DNA of 64,000 bases from Negaprion brevirostris (lineage: Eukaryota): positions 34,834,242 to 34,898,241 of the forward strand of contig JARDVH010000106.1 of assembly GCA_030324005.1 (NCBI GenBank). Direction: 5' to 3'. Position 1 is the stretch's first letter, and every line of letters starts with the position of its first letter. This document shows, one piece after another, positions 38,116 through 49,437 of this stretch. The notes beneath the pieces are model-generated. The model had not been told where the DNA came from. It worked only from the letters and a program-made list of their open reading frames with translations, and did not search any database. The translations under genes and the position numbers were made by a program.

Positions 38116-38377
38116 AACCGTTGGTGGGTGGAGCTGTCAGATGGGGGGCACCAAATGTAGTTGTACTTATCCCTTTTTAGTCATTTAATTGACATCTGGT
38201 CACTTGCCATTTATCACTTAACACTGTACAACAGAAATGAATGATCAATCTTCAGATATCCATTTTAGTTCTTCCCTCATTGTGGCGCTGGTCATGATGA
38301 TTTGGTACAACTGTGATACAGCTGACCTGAGAGTGATTGATGCCCGCACTGAATGCCCAACATGTCCTTTTTCTTAC

Positions 38378-38790
38378 CTTAAATCCCACCTTTCACAAAG
38401 TCCATAACGATAAAGTGTATGTAGTTGCAAATTGCCAGTTTATTACAGCTTCACCTTCCTTTGTATATTATATTTTGTGATATGCCCCCTTTTCAGGGAG
38501 TTTTAAAAAAAGTGAAATATTGTAATATGCTTTTGGGAATCACTATGCACTTCCAGCTATAATCATTTGATTTATATTGAATCTGATAGCTTGTCTCCAC
38601 TACTGACAGACAGTGAGAATAGAAGCCATTAAAATGAACCCTGCTGTGGACTTCTTCCAAATCACATCACAGGTTTGAGTGGTGTTTTCATTAGTGGTAC
38701 AAAATGTAGGAGCAAATGTCTAGATGCTCTGAAGTTTGATGATTTTGATAAACCTTATTCGAAATGGGCAGTGACACTGATCAACAGATA
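38378..38790 (-). pseudogene. Pseudo-exon: GON-like segment and EGF start
   Basis: RFIKIIKLQSI*TFAPTFCTT ... SCNKLAICNY ... GF; ends at a strong donor AAG|gtaaga; continues as GDGSFCQD in the next exon. Confidence 0.5.
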
Positions 38791-41282
38791 TAGAAACATA
38801 GAAAATATGTGCACGAGTGGACCATTCAACCCTTCAAGCCTGCACCACCATTCAATATGATCATGAGCTGATCATGCACTTTTAGTATCACACTCCCACT
38901 TTCTCTCTAGAACCCTTGATCTCTTTACTCCCATCCTATGCATAGGGTTACTTTACCTTGGGTTCAATAGGGTGAATGGCACCGAAATACTCAGCCCAAC
39001 AGGTCCAGCTAGTGTTTACACTCCACTGAAGCTTTCTCCCATTTTTCCTTTGCTAACTCTATCATTGTAACTCCCCTCCCTTCTACCTCATACGCTGAAA
39101 TATGTTTCTACCATTCAATTCAACCAGTGTGCTGGCAGATTCCACATTCTCACCACTCCTGGAAGTTTATATGGAATTCCTTGTTGGATTTCAGGATATC
39201 TATCTTATATTGACAGCCTATGCTCTTCATTTGGGTGACTTTTCATTTTTGAGGCAGGCTGCAGTAGTCAGGAAAATTCCCAGCTCAGGAGAAAGTTCCT
39301 GTAAAGATGGGCTTTTCAGTGTGGGGTTTGGGGATGGGGACAGGATGACCCCCAGTCACAGTTGGGCAAACCAATCTAGGAAAAAGTTTGGAGGTGGCCA
39401 CAAGGGCTGCTGGATGCAGAGGCAGGCTGTTTAAAAGGCCTGCCTTGGTGTTGTGAGACTTCAACCCAGTTATAATAAAAACAGGCTGTCCAGCTTTCAC
39501 CTCTCATCCTTGCCTCATCCGTATGCTCCCCATGTCCCATCCATGCCACCTTATGCTTCCCATCCATCCTCTATGGTCCCACTTGTCCCCGTGCCAAGCA
39601 ATGCCCCCAAACTCCTAATGCCCTCATGCCCAATGTATGCCCTCCAAACAACCCTTATAGAGTCTAATGTTCACCATTAAAAACAATAGCATTTCCATGC
39701 CCATTCTCCCTCTATACACTGTATAGCTAGGAAGTAACAAAGCCTACAGTAGTGTGCCTAAAAAAAACTTTAAAAATGTCAATAATAACTTGGCATTTAC
39801 TTAAAAGAATCCTTTTTATTACAATCCAATAAAAGTGTCAAACATTCAGACATTTAAAGTATCAATGGCAGAAACTATAATCACAGGAAATTTACAGTGT
39901 AGATCAGAGAGCCATGGCTGTCATTCAAACAATGCTTTTCTTGGGCCCAGGTGTTTTAACAGGCTAATAGATCTTTGGGTTGTTGACCAAGAATACATAT
40001 TGAGGCTTGGCCAAAGGCCAGTACTGTAATGGTATGTAATGAATCAGGAAGCCCGACTAGAAAGGAAAATATTACAGAATGCAAAACTAAAACCACTACT
40101 GTGGGGTACACAACTAGTTCCTTCCTGAGGCTACAGTACAGCAGCCCCATTCTGGACCTGCCTTATAAAAGGTTCAAGTAATGAGTTCCAGCTGGGAAGG
40201 CCATTGCCTGTTCGAACTCATACTCAAATAAGCACCAGAGAGAGATCAATCAGTGATTCCCCATGGATCTCGGGTGGGTGGGGGGGTGGTGGTGGTACTG
40301 GACAGGCGGAGGGGAGGGTATCACAAATAATATCATGTAACATATAATCAAGAGAACTAGACTAATGCTCTGGGGACCCCAGTTCAAATCCTAGCACTGC
40401 AACTGGGAGAATTAATAAATATATAGCTTGTCAGAGTATTGGTGACCATGGCATCTATCACTTCTTTTTATAAAATTACATCTGGTTCAAAAATATCCTT
40501 TAGGGAAGGAAACTACCATCCATAACTCCAGACCCATAGAAATGTGTTAGACTCTTAACTATCCTCCGAAACGTCTGAGAAAGCCACTCAGTTGAACAGA
40601 AATTTGAGCTGCACAACAAATGCAGCTGGTGCTGTCCGTGTCGCAAGAATAATAGAAGCACATCATCTGGACATTCAAAGGCATTACCATTACTGGATTC
40701 CATTACCATCAATATCCCGGGGTAACCATTGACCAGAAACTGAACTGAACCAGTGATTACAAGAGCAGGTTAGAGACTGGGGCTTCTGCAGGGAATAACT
40801 CACCTTCTGACTCCACAAAGCCTATCCACAAGTGACAAGTCAGGAGCACAATGAAATGCTCCCAATTTCTTGGTTGAGCACAGTTATGAAAACACTCAGG
40901 AAGATCAACACAATTGAGGATGAAGCAGCAGGTTTGATCAGACTATCAGACATCGGAGCAGAATTAGGCCACGCGGTCCATTGAGTCTGCTCCGCAATCC
41001 CTGTCCATCATTCTTAAAGATCCAGCCTCTCCATCAGCACATTATAATAGCTGTGCATATATAAAATGCATTGCAGTAACTTGCTCACTCTTCTTGAACA
41101 CATTCAAATCCACGGTCTATATCATCTAGAAGAACCAAGTCATCAGTCATGTGGAAGCAATCACCTCTAGGTCATACACCATTCTGACATAGAAATATTT
41201 CACAATTCCTTTATCGTTGTGAGGTTAAAATCTTCAAACTCCCTTCGTAACAATTCTGGATGCTGCATTCCCTGCTCTTTCA

Positions 41283-41340
41283 CCCCTCTCTTTCTCTCTC
41301 TCTCACACACGCACACACACACAGACACACACACACACAA
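41283..41340. repeat. (CT)n(CA)n microsatellite
   Basis: tctctctctctcacacacgcacacacacacagacacacac. Confidence 0.9.
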
Positions 41341-41489
41341 TGTACATATTCGCATGTACACGGCCATGTGCTCACCCCCTCTCGCATATAGATGCGCATT
41401 CACCTGTCACACCAGTGGGAGAGAGACTGCAGCCAGAATGTAATTTCAGCCAGAGTGAGGGTGTCAAGAATTTGGAGCTGAGGGGAAAG

Positions 41490-44400
41490 AGGTGTTCATC
41501 TTGGGGAAGAGCGGAAAGGCGGACCTGCAAGGGAGACTTGAGGGCAAGTGAGAGGTAGAAAGAAATTGAACCGTGCTATCAGGTGCCAGCAAGTAAGCAG
41601 TTGGCTGGTGGCTGACTTCAGGAGCAAAACTAAGCAGGAGCGAGCCGGAGAGCAACCTAGGGGGCAAAGGAGAATGTTTTGACAGGGGGCCGGGGGGGTT
41701 GGGGGGGGAACCGAAAAGTGACACCACAGTAAGGCTGAGATTTGATTGGCCAGTAGGAATCTGCTAAATTTGAATCTGTGTTAAGTCACTGGTTAATAAT
41801 TGCATTCGGATTGAGATATTAAGCAGAGATATAAAAAACAGTTAAAAATTGAAAAAAAGCAAATTCAAATCTAATTAAGTAAAATAGGGATGGAGGGACA
41901 GATGATGTGCTGTTCCAGCACGATGTGGGAGCTGTTGGACCCAATGTGGTTCCCAGTCACCACATCAGTAGTCAAGGAATTCTAGCTCAGAGTCGATAAG
42001 CTGGATTCTGAGCTTCGGACACTGTGACACATCAGGGAGGGGGAGAGCTACCTGGAAGCTGTGTTTCAGGAGGCAGTCACACCCCTTAGACTAACTAACC
42101 TGAATTTAGCCACTTGTAAGGGACAAAAGGGATGGCTGCGAGTGAAGCAAGTAGAGGGATCCAGGAGGTACGGTTGCAGGAGCCTCAACCCTTGTTCATG
42201 TCCAACAGGTTTAAGATTCTTGCTCCCTGTGTGGATAGGAACGGGTACTGCCGGGAGGGTGAACCAACTGACTGCAGAACCGTGGTGCAGGGAGTCATTC
42301 AAGTAGGGAGCGAGAAAAGAAATGTAGTTGTAATTGGGGATAGTGTAGTTAGGGGCATAGACACTATTCTCTGTGACCAGCATCGAGAGCCCTGAAGGTT
42401 GTGTTGCCTGTCTGGTGGGGTTCGGGATGCCTCATCTGGACTGCAGAAGAACTTGGAGTGGGAGGGTAAAGATCCAGTTGTTTGGCCTACATATGTACCA
42501 ATGGCATAAATAAAACAAGGGCAGATGTTCTGCTAAGGGAGTATGTACAGTTAGGAGCAAAATTAAAAAGCAGAACCAAAAAGGTAATAACCTCTGGATT
42601 ACTACCTGAGCCACCAGTTAATTAGCACAGGGTCAATAAGATTAAGCAGGTGAATGCACAGCTTAAAGATTGGGTTGGGAGGGATGGGCTTGAATTCATG
42701 GGGCATTGGCACCAGTACTGGGGATGAAGGGACCTGTTCCGAATGGATGGTCTTCATCTGAATCGAGCTGGGACCAGAGTTTTGGCGAATTGTATAACTA
42801 GGGCTGTACAAAGGGCTCTAAACTGAATGGCAGGGGTGAGGGGGCAGGGTGGGTAGGTTGGAAGATTCAATTACAGGGGAAATTAGAAAACCCAAATTGA
42901 AGGAGGAGTTAAGAGTGCAAGTTAGTGATGTGGCAGATGGTTGCTGGACAATAAAGGAAAGGGCCAGAATAGGTGAATGTCTTTATGCGCCAAGGAATTA
43001 TAAAAGAGTAGGCAAATTTATCAGTAGAACAGATTTAGAAGATTTGTATTTGAATACACAAAGCGTTCAGACCAAAATTAATGTGTTAATGGTGCAAATA
43101 GAAACAAAAGGGTATGATTAGGTGGCCGTTACTGAGACATGGAGGCGATTCTCCCAAAAGTGCTGAATTGGTGGAAAAACTGTTCTAGATTACGACTGTT
43201 TTCTTAGTTCAACTTCACACTTGAATCTCTGCATTCTGTGCATCGCAGAGGTCCCAATTGTGAATCTCCTTAAAAACCCCAGGGGCGGGGCGTATTCGCG
43301 CCGGAATCTAATAGCTCCAGAACTCTGCACATGCACACCTTTCCCGTTCTGTCAGCCTCCCCATTTGCTGGCCAGCTCAATCCCTGCAGCGCCACCACTC
43401 TAGCCCCCCACTGCCCGATCGCGGCCCCCACAATAATTCCTGGGCCAGCCCTAATCCCCTCCTGCTGCAGAGCGCCCCGATGTCCAGCCATCCGCGCCCA
43501 GCAATGGCAATCCTCCCCCCTCTCACACNNNNNNNNNNACCTCTCCGGGGTCAGACTCCCCCAAAGGCAGCTCCCCCCCCCCCCACCCCCAGCAGACCAC
43601 AATCTCCTCCAAGCCTGCCCTAATCGCTACTCTCCCTCCATCCCAGACTGATCCAAATGCGGAGTCGCAGCAGACCCCTCCACCCCCTTCGATTGCCTCT
43701 AGGTCCTGCCCACAATAAGCCCTGCCCCCTCGGTACTGCCTGATGGGCAGTGCCAAGGTGTCCCCTGGGCATGGGCACTTTGCCCATTGGGCAGTGCCGG
43801 GGGCACTACCAGGGTGCACATGCCCAGGGGGAAACCACCCCCCTTCCGCCTGACCCCTGAGAGGCCCAATTGCCCCCTTTCATTCCGACAGGTTCTCCCG
43901 CTAGTTCCTCGAATGTGGAAAGCTACTCTAAATACCACCAGAATGAAGCATTCCTGGTGGGGTAGAGATTCAATCAGGAATGGGAAGGTCTTAGCAGGTA
44001 AGTCAAATGACTTACCTGCCTTCCCGTCGTAGTCTGGTCTCCCATTGTTCTACGGCTCTGGGAGATGTGTCTGCATTCCCGCCTTGCACAAATCCCAGGA
44101 CAAAGCCAATGATGCACATTTCCCAGCGCAATCCACTAAGAAGGTTGCGGGTCGCAATGGGAGAATCGCCCCCCACCCCCGCCATGGTTACAAGGAGTCC
44201 AAGTCTGGGAATTGAGTACCCAAGGGTATTCAGCAGTTTGGAAAGATCGATTGAAAGGAAAAGGAGGTGGTGTAGCAAAATATTGGGATTGAGGGCAGTC
44301 AAGTCCCCCGGACCTGATGACCTACATCCTAGGGTATTAAATGAAGTGGCGGCAGAGACAGTGGATCCATTGGTTATAATATTCCAAAATTCCCTGGACA

Positions 44401-45540
44401 CGGGAAAGATCCCAGTGGATTGGGAAAATGCTAATGTAACGTCCTTACTCACAAAGGGAGGGAGGCAAAATGTGGAATATTACAGATCAGTTAGTTTAAC
44501 ATCTGTTGTTGGGAAAGTGTTAGAATCAATTATCAAGGAAGCAATATCAGGACATTTGCAAAGTCAAAACACTGTCCATCAGAGTCAGCATGGTTTTACG
44601 AAGGGCAAATCATGTTTGACTAATTTGCTAGAGTTCTTCGAGGATGTAACAAGCAGAGTGGATATTGGGGATCTTGTAAATGTAGACTGAACTTCCAGGA
44701 GGCATTTGATAAACTACTGCACAAAAGGTTAATTCACAAGGTAAGATCACCTGGGATTAGAAATAATTTATTAGCTTGGATAGGTGACTGGCTGATGGAC
44801 AGAAGACAGAGAGTTAGGATAAATGGTTTTTTTTCTGGATGGCAAGAAGTAACTAGTGGAGTGGGACAGTAAGCTGCAATGAGGAAATAAGAACCTTACA
44901 AATGGATATAGATAGATTAGGACAGTGGGCCAAAATGTGGCAGATGGAGTTTTGGTCAGAAAAATGGGATGGTGACTTATTACCTAATTGGGGAGAGACT
45001 TCAGAGTGCTCAATGTAAAAGGATCTGGGTGTTCTTGTTCATGAGCCACAGAAAACTAGCATGCAGGTACAGCAGATAATAAAGAAAATGAATGCAATGT
45101 TAACACTTACAGTTAAGGGTATACAATATAAAGGAAGTATTGTTGCAACTATACAAGGCATTGGTAGGCCACACATGGAGCATTGTGCACAGTTTTGGTC
45201 CCCTTATTTGAATGAAGATGTAGTGGTATTGGAGGCAGTTCAGAGAAGGTTCACTAGATTGATTCCAGACATGAGGGGTTTGTTATATGAAGAGAGATTG
45301 AACAGTTTAGACCTATATTCTCTGGAATTTAGAAGGATGAAAGGAGATCAAATTGAGGTATACAAGATAATAAAAGGTATGGATAAAGTAGAATATGGAG
45401 TGGATGCTTCCTATTTGGGGCATTCAAGGATGAGAGGTCATAGTCTTAGGGTAAGGGATAGCAAACTTAAAAGAGTTGATGAGAAACTACTTCTCCCTAA
45501 GTGGTGTGAATCTGTAGAATTTGCTACGCCAAAGTGTGGT
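41490..45540 (+). mobile_element. Near full-length degraded CR1 LINE (SGNH-esterase ORF1 and APE/RT ORF2)
   Basis: ORF1 NRFKIL...NVVVIGDSVVRGIDT; ORF2 LYLNTQS...VAVTETW, KSPGPDDLHPRVLNEVA, YRSVSLTSVVGKVLE, QHGFTKGKSCLTNLLEFFE; internal deletions and stops. Confidence 0.92.
43144..44170. mobile_element. TIR-bounded non-autonomous DNA transposon (PIF/Harbinger-like) inserted in the CR1 endonuclease
   Basis: Perfect 13-bp TIR GGCGATTCTCCCA / TGGGAGAATCGCC; CATGG on both sides; the CR1 frame TETW|LQG rejoins. Confidence 0.8.
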
Positions 45541-46559
45541 AGGAGCCTGCTGCATTACAAAAGCAGCACAGCAGCATGGGAGAATCGTCCATCCAAATGT
45601 TTTGGTTTTGTATTGCAAACCATTGGAATCTTTTGAAAACTGGATGAGATATTGATTGGCTTGATCATGGAACCAGGAATCAAACAACTTAAATCATTCA
45701 ATTTCCATTCTTTTTCTGTTCATGCAGATTAATGCAAGAACAAATAGCAACAATGGTGGAAAATAGAAGAGTACAATTTGATTGAAACTGAATTTTCTCC
45801 CATCTCAGAAAGATACTAAATTAAACAATCATCCATTCCTTGCCCAAAACCTTTAGTGATTCTGACTCTCTCCCAGCTGCCCCAGAAAATGCTTTCAAAT
45901 TCTCTCTAATATTGAGCATCAGGTTCTGTGGGGTGTGTGTGCAGGGCAGAGTGGATGGGAACTTGTTCTTCATTGATCTCAGTGGTTAAAAATAGAGAGT
46001 TTATATTTTGTATTGAGAAGCATATTATACTGAATTGTCACATAATTTATAAATGTTATGGAGAATTATCCAAACATTTATCTGGATGGGCGTAGTCACA
46101 ATAACACTTGAGAACTTTGAAACCATCTTGGACTGTGCAGTTTGTTTTATTGATGTTCCTGCATCTCGACTCAATATCCATTCCATCTATCAGCAGCACA
46201 CTGTGGTCGTACAATTTCCAGAATATACTAACTCACCAAGGTTACTTCAGTAGTATCTTCTTTTCTGGAGGTCTTTATTGCCAAGAAGGATGAATGAAAC
46301 AATGTCATGGGAAAACCATTATCGCCAATTCCTCTTCCCAGTCACTCACTATTGTGCCTGGATATATATATATTGTCCCTTGTTATTGGTGGATGGATAT
46401 TCTGGAATTCTTTACTCAATAGCATTATGGGAAATCCACCACCATGACAAATGTAGGGTTTAGGGGAAACACTTTCCTCCTTTCTTGAAGTATCCTACTG
46501 CGAAGCAGGAACTTAGAAAATTTATGTCACAGATGGAAGCCATTCAGTTCATTGTGTCT

Positions 46560-46776
46560 CTACCAAGATTCAATGCTTTTTAGGGACTGTGCAAGTTTCA
46601 CAAACAGGCAGGCACCAATTTATCCAGCTGTGTGTGGCAGGCACACACCAACAGTGTAGAGTTCCTCACACCCACCTGCCCCATGACAGTGGGATCCATG
46701 TTGCAGAACATTACTGTGATTGTGTACCAAAGAATTCCAGAGTATCGGGAAATAGGTACTTACCTTAGTCTGGGAG
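46560..46776 (-). pseudogene. Pseudo-exon: Caspr/fibrinogen-related domain, N-terminal part
   Basis: GKYLFPD / YSGILWYTITVMFCNMD ... TQLDKLV ... ETC, resembling SG.Y.IDPDGSG...V.CNM ... QL..L...C.Q. Confidence 0.5.
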
Positions 46777-47198
46777 ANNNNNNNNNNNNNNNNNNNNNNN
46801 NNNNNNNNNNNNNNNNNNNNNNNNNNNNNNNNNNNNNNNNNNNNNNNNNNNNNNNNNNNNNNNNNNNNNNNNNNNNNNNNNNNNNNNNNNNNNNNNNNNN
46901 NNNNNNNNNNNNNNNNNNNNNNNNNNNNNNNNNNNNNNNNNNNNNNNNNNNNNNNNNNNNNNNNNNNNNNNNNNNNNNNNNNNNNNNNNNNNNNNNNNNN
47001 NNNNNNNNNNNNNNNNNNNNNNNNNNNNNNNNNNNNNNNNNNNNNNNNNNNNNNNNNNNNNNNNNNNNNNNNNNNNNNNNNNNNNNNNNNNNNNNNNNNN
47101 NNNNNNNNNNNNNNNNNNNNNNNNNNNNNNNNNNNNNNNNNNNNNNNNNNNNNNNNNNNNNNNNNNNNNNNNNNNNNNNNNNNNNNNNNNNNNNNNNN

Positions 47199-47862
47199 GA
47201 AAAAGCAGAAGAAAGCTAATGACTCTGTGCTGTGGGGCACTGGAGTAAAGGTAACTCTCTGGGGCACTGGTATAATTCTCAGTGAGGTTGAAGAGCTGAT
47301 GTTGTGCCTGAGAGTTGATGCTGGGGTGCAGGCTTAGGAATCCAAATTGTAGTTTTGAGAGAGAGTGGAAGCCTGGGAGTTGAGCAATTGTTGAGACAAT
47401 CCAAGCTGGAGTGGCTTAGAGAGAATTTAGGAATTTTGTTTTCAAAACTGAAATGTTTGGATTCCCTTATGCTAGAGACAGAATTTTAATGAGATTGCAT
47501 AACTCACTGTGAACACTGATAGCCGGGTAGGTTGCTGAGAAATCCATGGGATTGGTCTTGGTTGCATCTGCCATGCATTGTGCAACATGGTGTGTTTGAT
47601 CACAGTTTGCCAGTTAATTCACATGTACCTCATGTTTATTTTGAATACTAGAGTATATGATGGATATTGTAAATTGTTTTACTTTCCTGACGCTGTATAA
47701 TAAAATTGATTTTGTTTGTTCAACAACTGTGGAATCTTGCAGTATTAATTTCTTAGTATGTGCCATGCCTGGGATCTCAAATTTTGTCTACTTTAAGGAA
47801 AATATTACAGGTTCCCAATCATATCATACCGAAATGTTAGGGTCTGGTCCAGAATTGTAACA
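47199..47862 (+). mobile_element. LTR-like sequence (5' end in a gap)
   Basis: AATAAA near 47699 followed by a terminal ...TGTAACA; interrupts the putative first coding exon of the pseudogene. Confidence 0.5.
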
Positions 47863-47929
47863 AGTTTCATAATGAAATTCTATCCAATGACACCAAAAGT
47901 AGGAATAGTCAGCAGCGGTTGGCTTTCAT
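47863..47929 (-). pseudogene. Pseudo-exon: start codon and signal-peptide-like segment
   Basis: aaacATGa context; reads MKANRC*LFLLLVSLDRISL*N; cut by the LTR end at 47862. Confidence 0.5.
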
Positions 47930-48740
47930 GTTTACATTATAGTTTAAAATTTATTAGTGTCACAAGTAGGCTTACATTAACACTGCAATGAAGTTACTGT
48001 CAAAGTCCTCTAACCGCCACACTCCAGTGCCTGTTCGGGTACATGGAGGGTGAATTTAGCATGACCAAAGTACCTCACCAGCACGTCTTTCCAACTGTGG
48101 GAGGAAACCAGAGTACCCGGAGGAAACCCACACAGACATGGGAAGGATGTACAACTCCACACAGACAGTGATCCAAGCCAGGAATTGAACCGGGGCCCCT
48201 GGCACTGAGGCAGCAGTGTTACCACAGTGCCATCCACTATATGCCACTTGATAGCTTCTACACACAATTATTTGGTCAGAAAGTGGGTCCAACCAATCAT
48301 TCTAAAGCAGATAACAAATTGGAAAGAGGTGATACGACTCCTGGGCACAGCCTGGGAGTTGAATCCTGGTAAAACATTATATGACACATGCACCCATGTA
48401 GCTTATACATTTCTAAACTATTGGGCACTATATTTTTATTTCTAACAATTATAGAGGCAGAGTCGAAACTTGCTTGATTTTGCTGTCTTTGTAAATCAGA
48501 CTAGAATTAGCATTTATACTTGTAAGGATTGAAGAGTTTTTTTTATGTATCTTCATGCGGCTGGGCTGAGAAGTTTGATTAGGAATACATGTGTTCTTTG
48601 TAAAGATGAAAAAAACCCCAGAATGAACCATAGGCTTAAATCACAAGCATAGAACATATGTTTTCAATTTAGTGAGATTTTGCTAAAGTATAAATGTGCG
48701 TTTCATGAACTCAATGACATTTGGCCTCATAACACAACAA

Positions 48741-48746
48741 TTTATT
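48741..48746 (-). terminator. Candidate polyadenylation signal of MAB21L3
   Basis: AATAAA on the minus strand about 460 nt after the stop; a second copy lies at 48435-48440. Confidence 0.4.
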
Positions 48747-49203
48747 AAACACTGAACAATGGCTACAGGGAAAACTTTAAAAAAAAGTGTCGCACAGTAG
48801 CAACAAATGAAATTTTAATTTGAAACTTTTAAATATTCTTCAAGGCATAAAAGTCCACAGCAAAGTAACATCTCAAGTAAAGCTGTTTAAACCTTTAAGC
48901 GCATTACAGGATAGAAATGCTATTAGCAATGTTACCTTATGAATTCATAACATGATCCCATTAAATTTGCCTCTCTCACATTTCAATGGCGGTTACTGCC
49001 ATAACCAAAATATCAGAGAGAAATCTGGTACAAATATTCATATAATAATGCCATTAGTAATTTTCATTGTTCTTCTGACAGTATTAATATTAACTTGTAA
49101 CTCAATTCTAATTTGGGTAATAGATGGAGAGTCTCGAAAATTCAGCAAGATTTGGCACATTGGAATCTGTTGTCCTGTCATTCATTTAAAAAGTCTGTAA
49201 AAT

Positions 49204-49437
49204 TTAGCGGAAGTACATACTAGGGTTCATTAAGAATTCATTAATTTTCTGAGATATTATATCCAGTTCATTTGTGTTAGCATATTTAAGCAAGTTAAAG
49301 CTCTTCACAAAGAAATGTCGGAGATATCTCTGTTGTACACACTTCTGAAGTTTCTTTACCAAGCGCAGGAAGCATTTTTGGAAATTTTTCCAATCTCTAG
49401 AGCGTGGATATTTCTCACAGGTCCAAAATAAGAGTGT
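49204..49437 (-). CDS. MAB21L3: MAB21L3 (mab-21-like 3), terminal coding exon
   Basis: Acceptor ttctccctcctcag precedes 49437. The 234-nt exon is open to TAA and reads TLLFWTCEKYPRSRDWKNFQKCFLRLVKKLQKCVQQRYLRHFFVKSFNLLKYANTNELDIISQKINEFLMNPSMYFR*, matching the MAB21L3 C-terminus as I recall it (TVLFWTCEKYP..DW..F.K.FLRLV.KL.KCV.Q..L.H.FV). Confidence 0.93.
   Translation of the reverse strand, partial: TLLFWTCEKYPRSRDWKNFQKCFLRLVKKLQKCVQQRYLRHFFVKSFNLLKYANTNELDIISQKINEFLMNPSMYFR

Larger units (their letters stand above)
750..47929 (-). pseudogene. Large decayed multi-exon gene for a secreted mosaic protein (Caspr-type fibrinogen-related, GON-like, EGF, Sushi, C-type lectin, Ig, SRCR, CUB)
   Basis: About 18 minus-strand segments, many starting at a polypyrimidine-AG acceptor. 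Their translations give recognisable extracellular-domain motifs broken by stops and frameshifts, in a consistent orientation, beginning with a signal-peptide-like MKANRC*LFLLLVSL. Confidence 0.7.

Noticed and set aside
44007-45636. 227-aa and 191-aa ORFs as host genes
   Set aside because: Fragments of CR1 ORF2, the first fused to MITE sequence.
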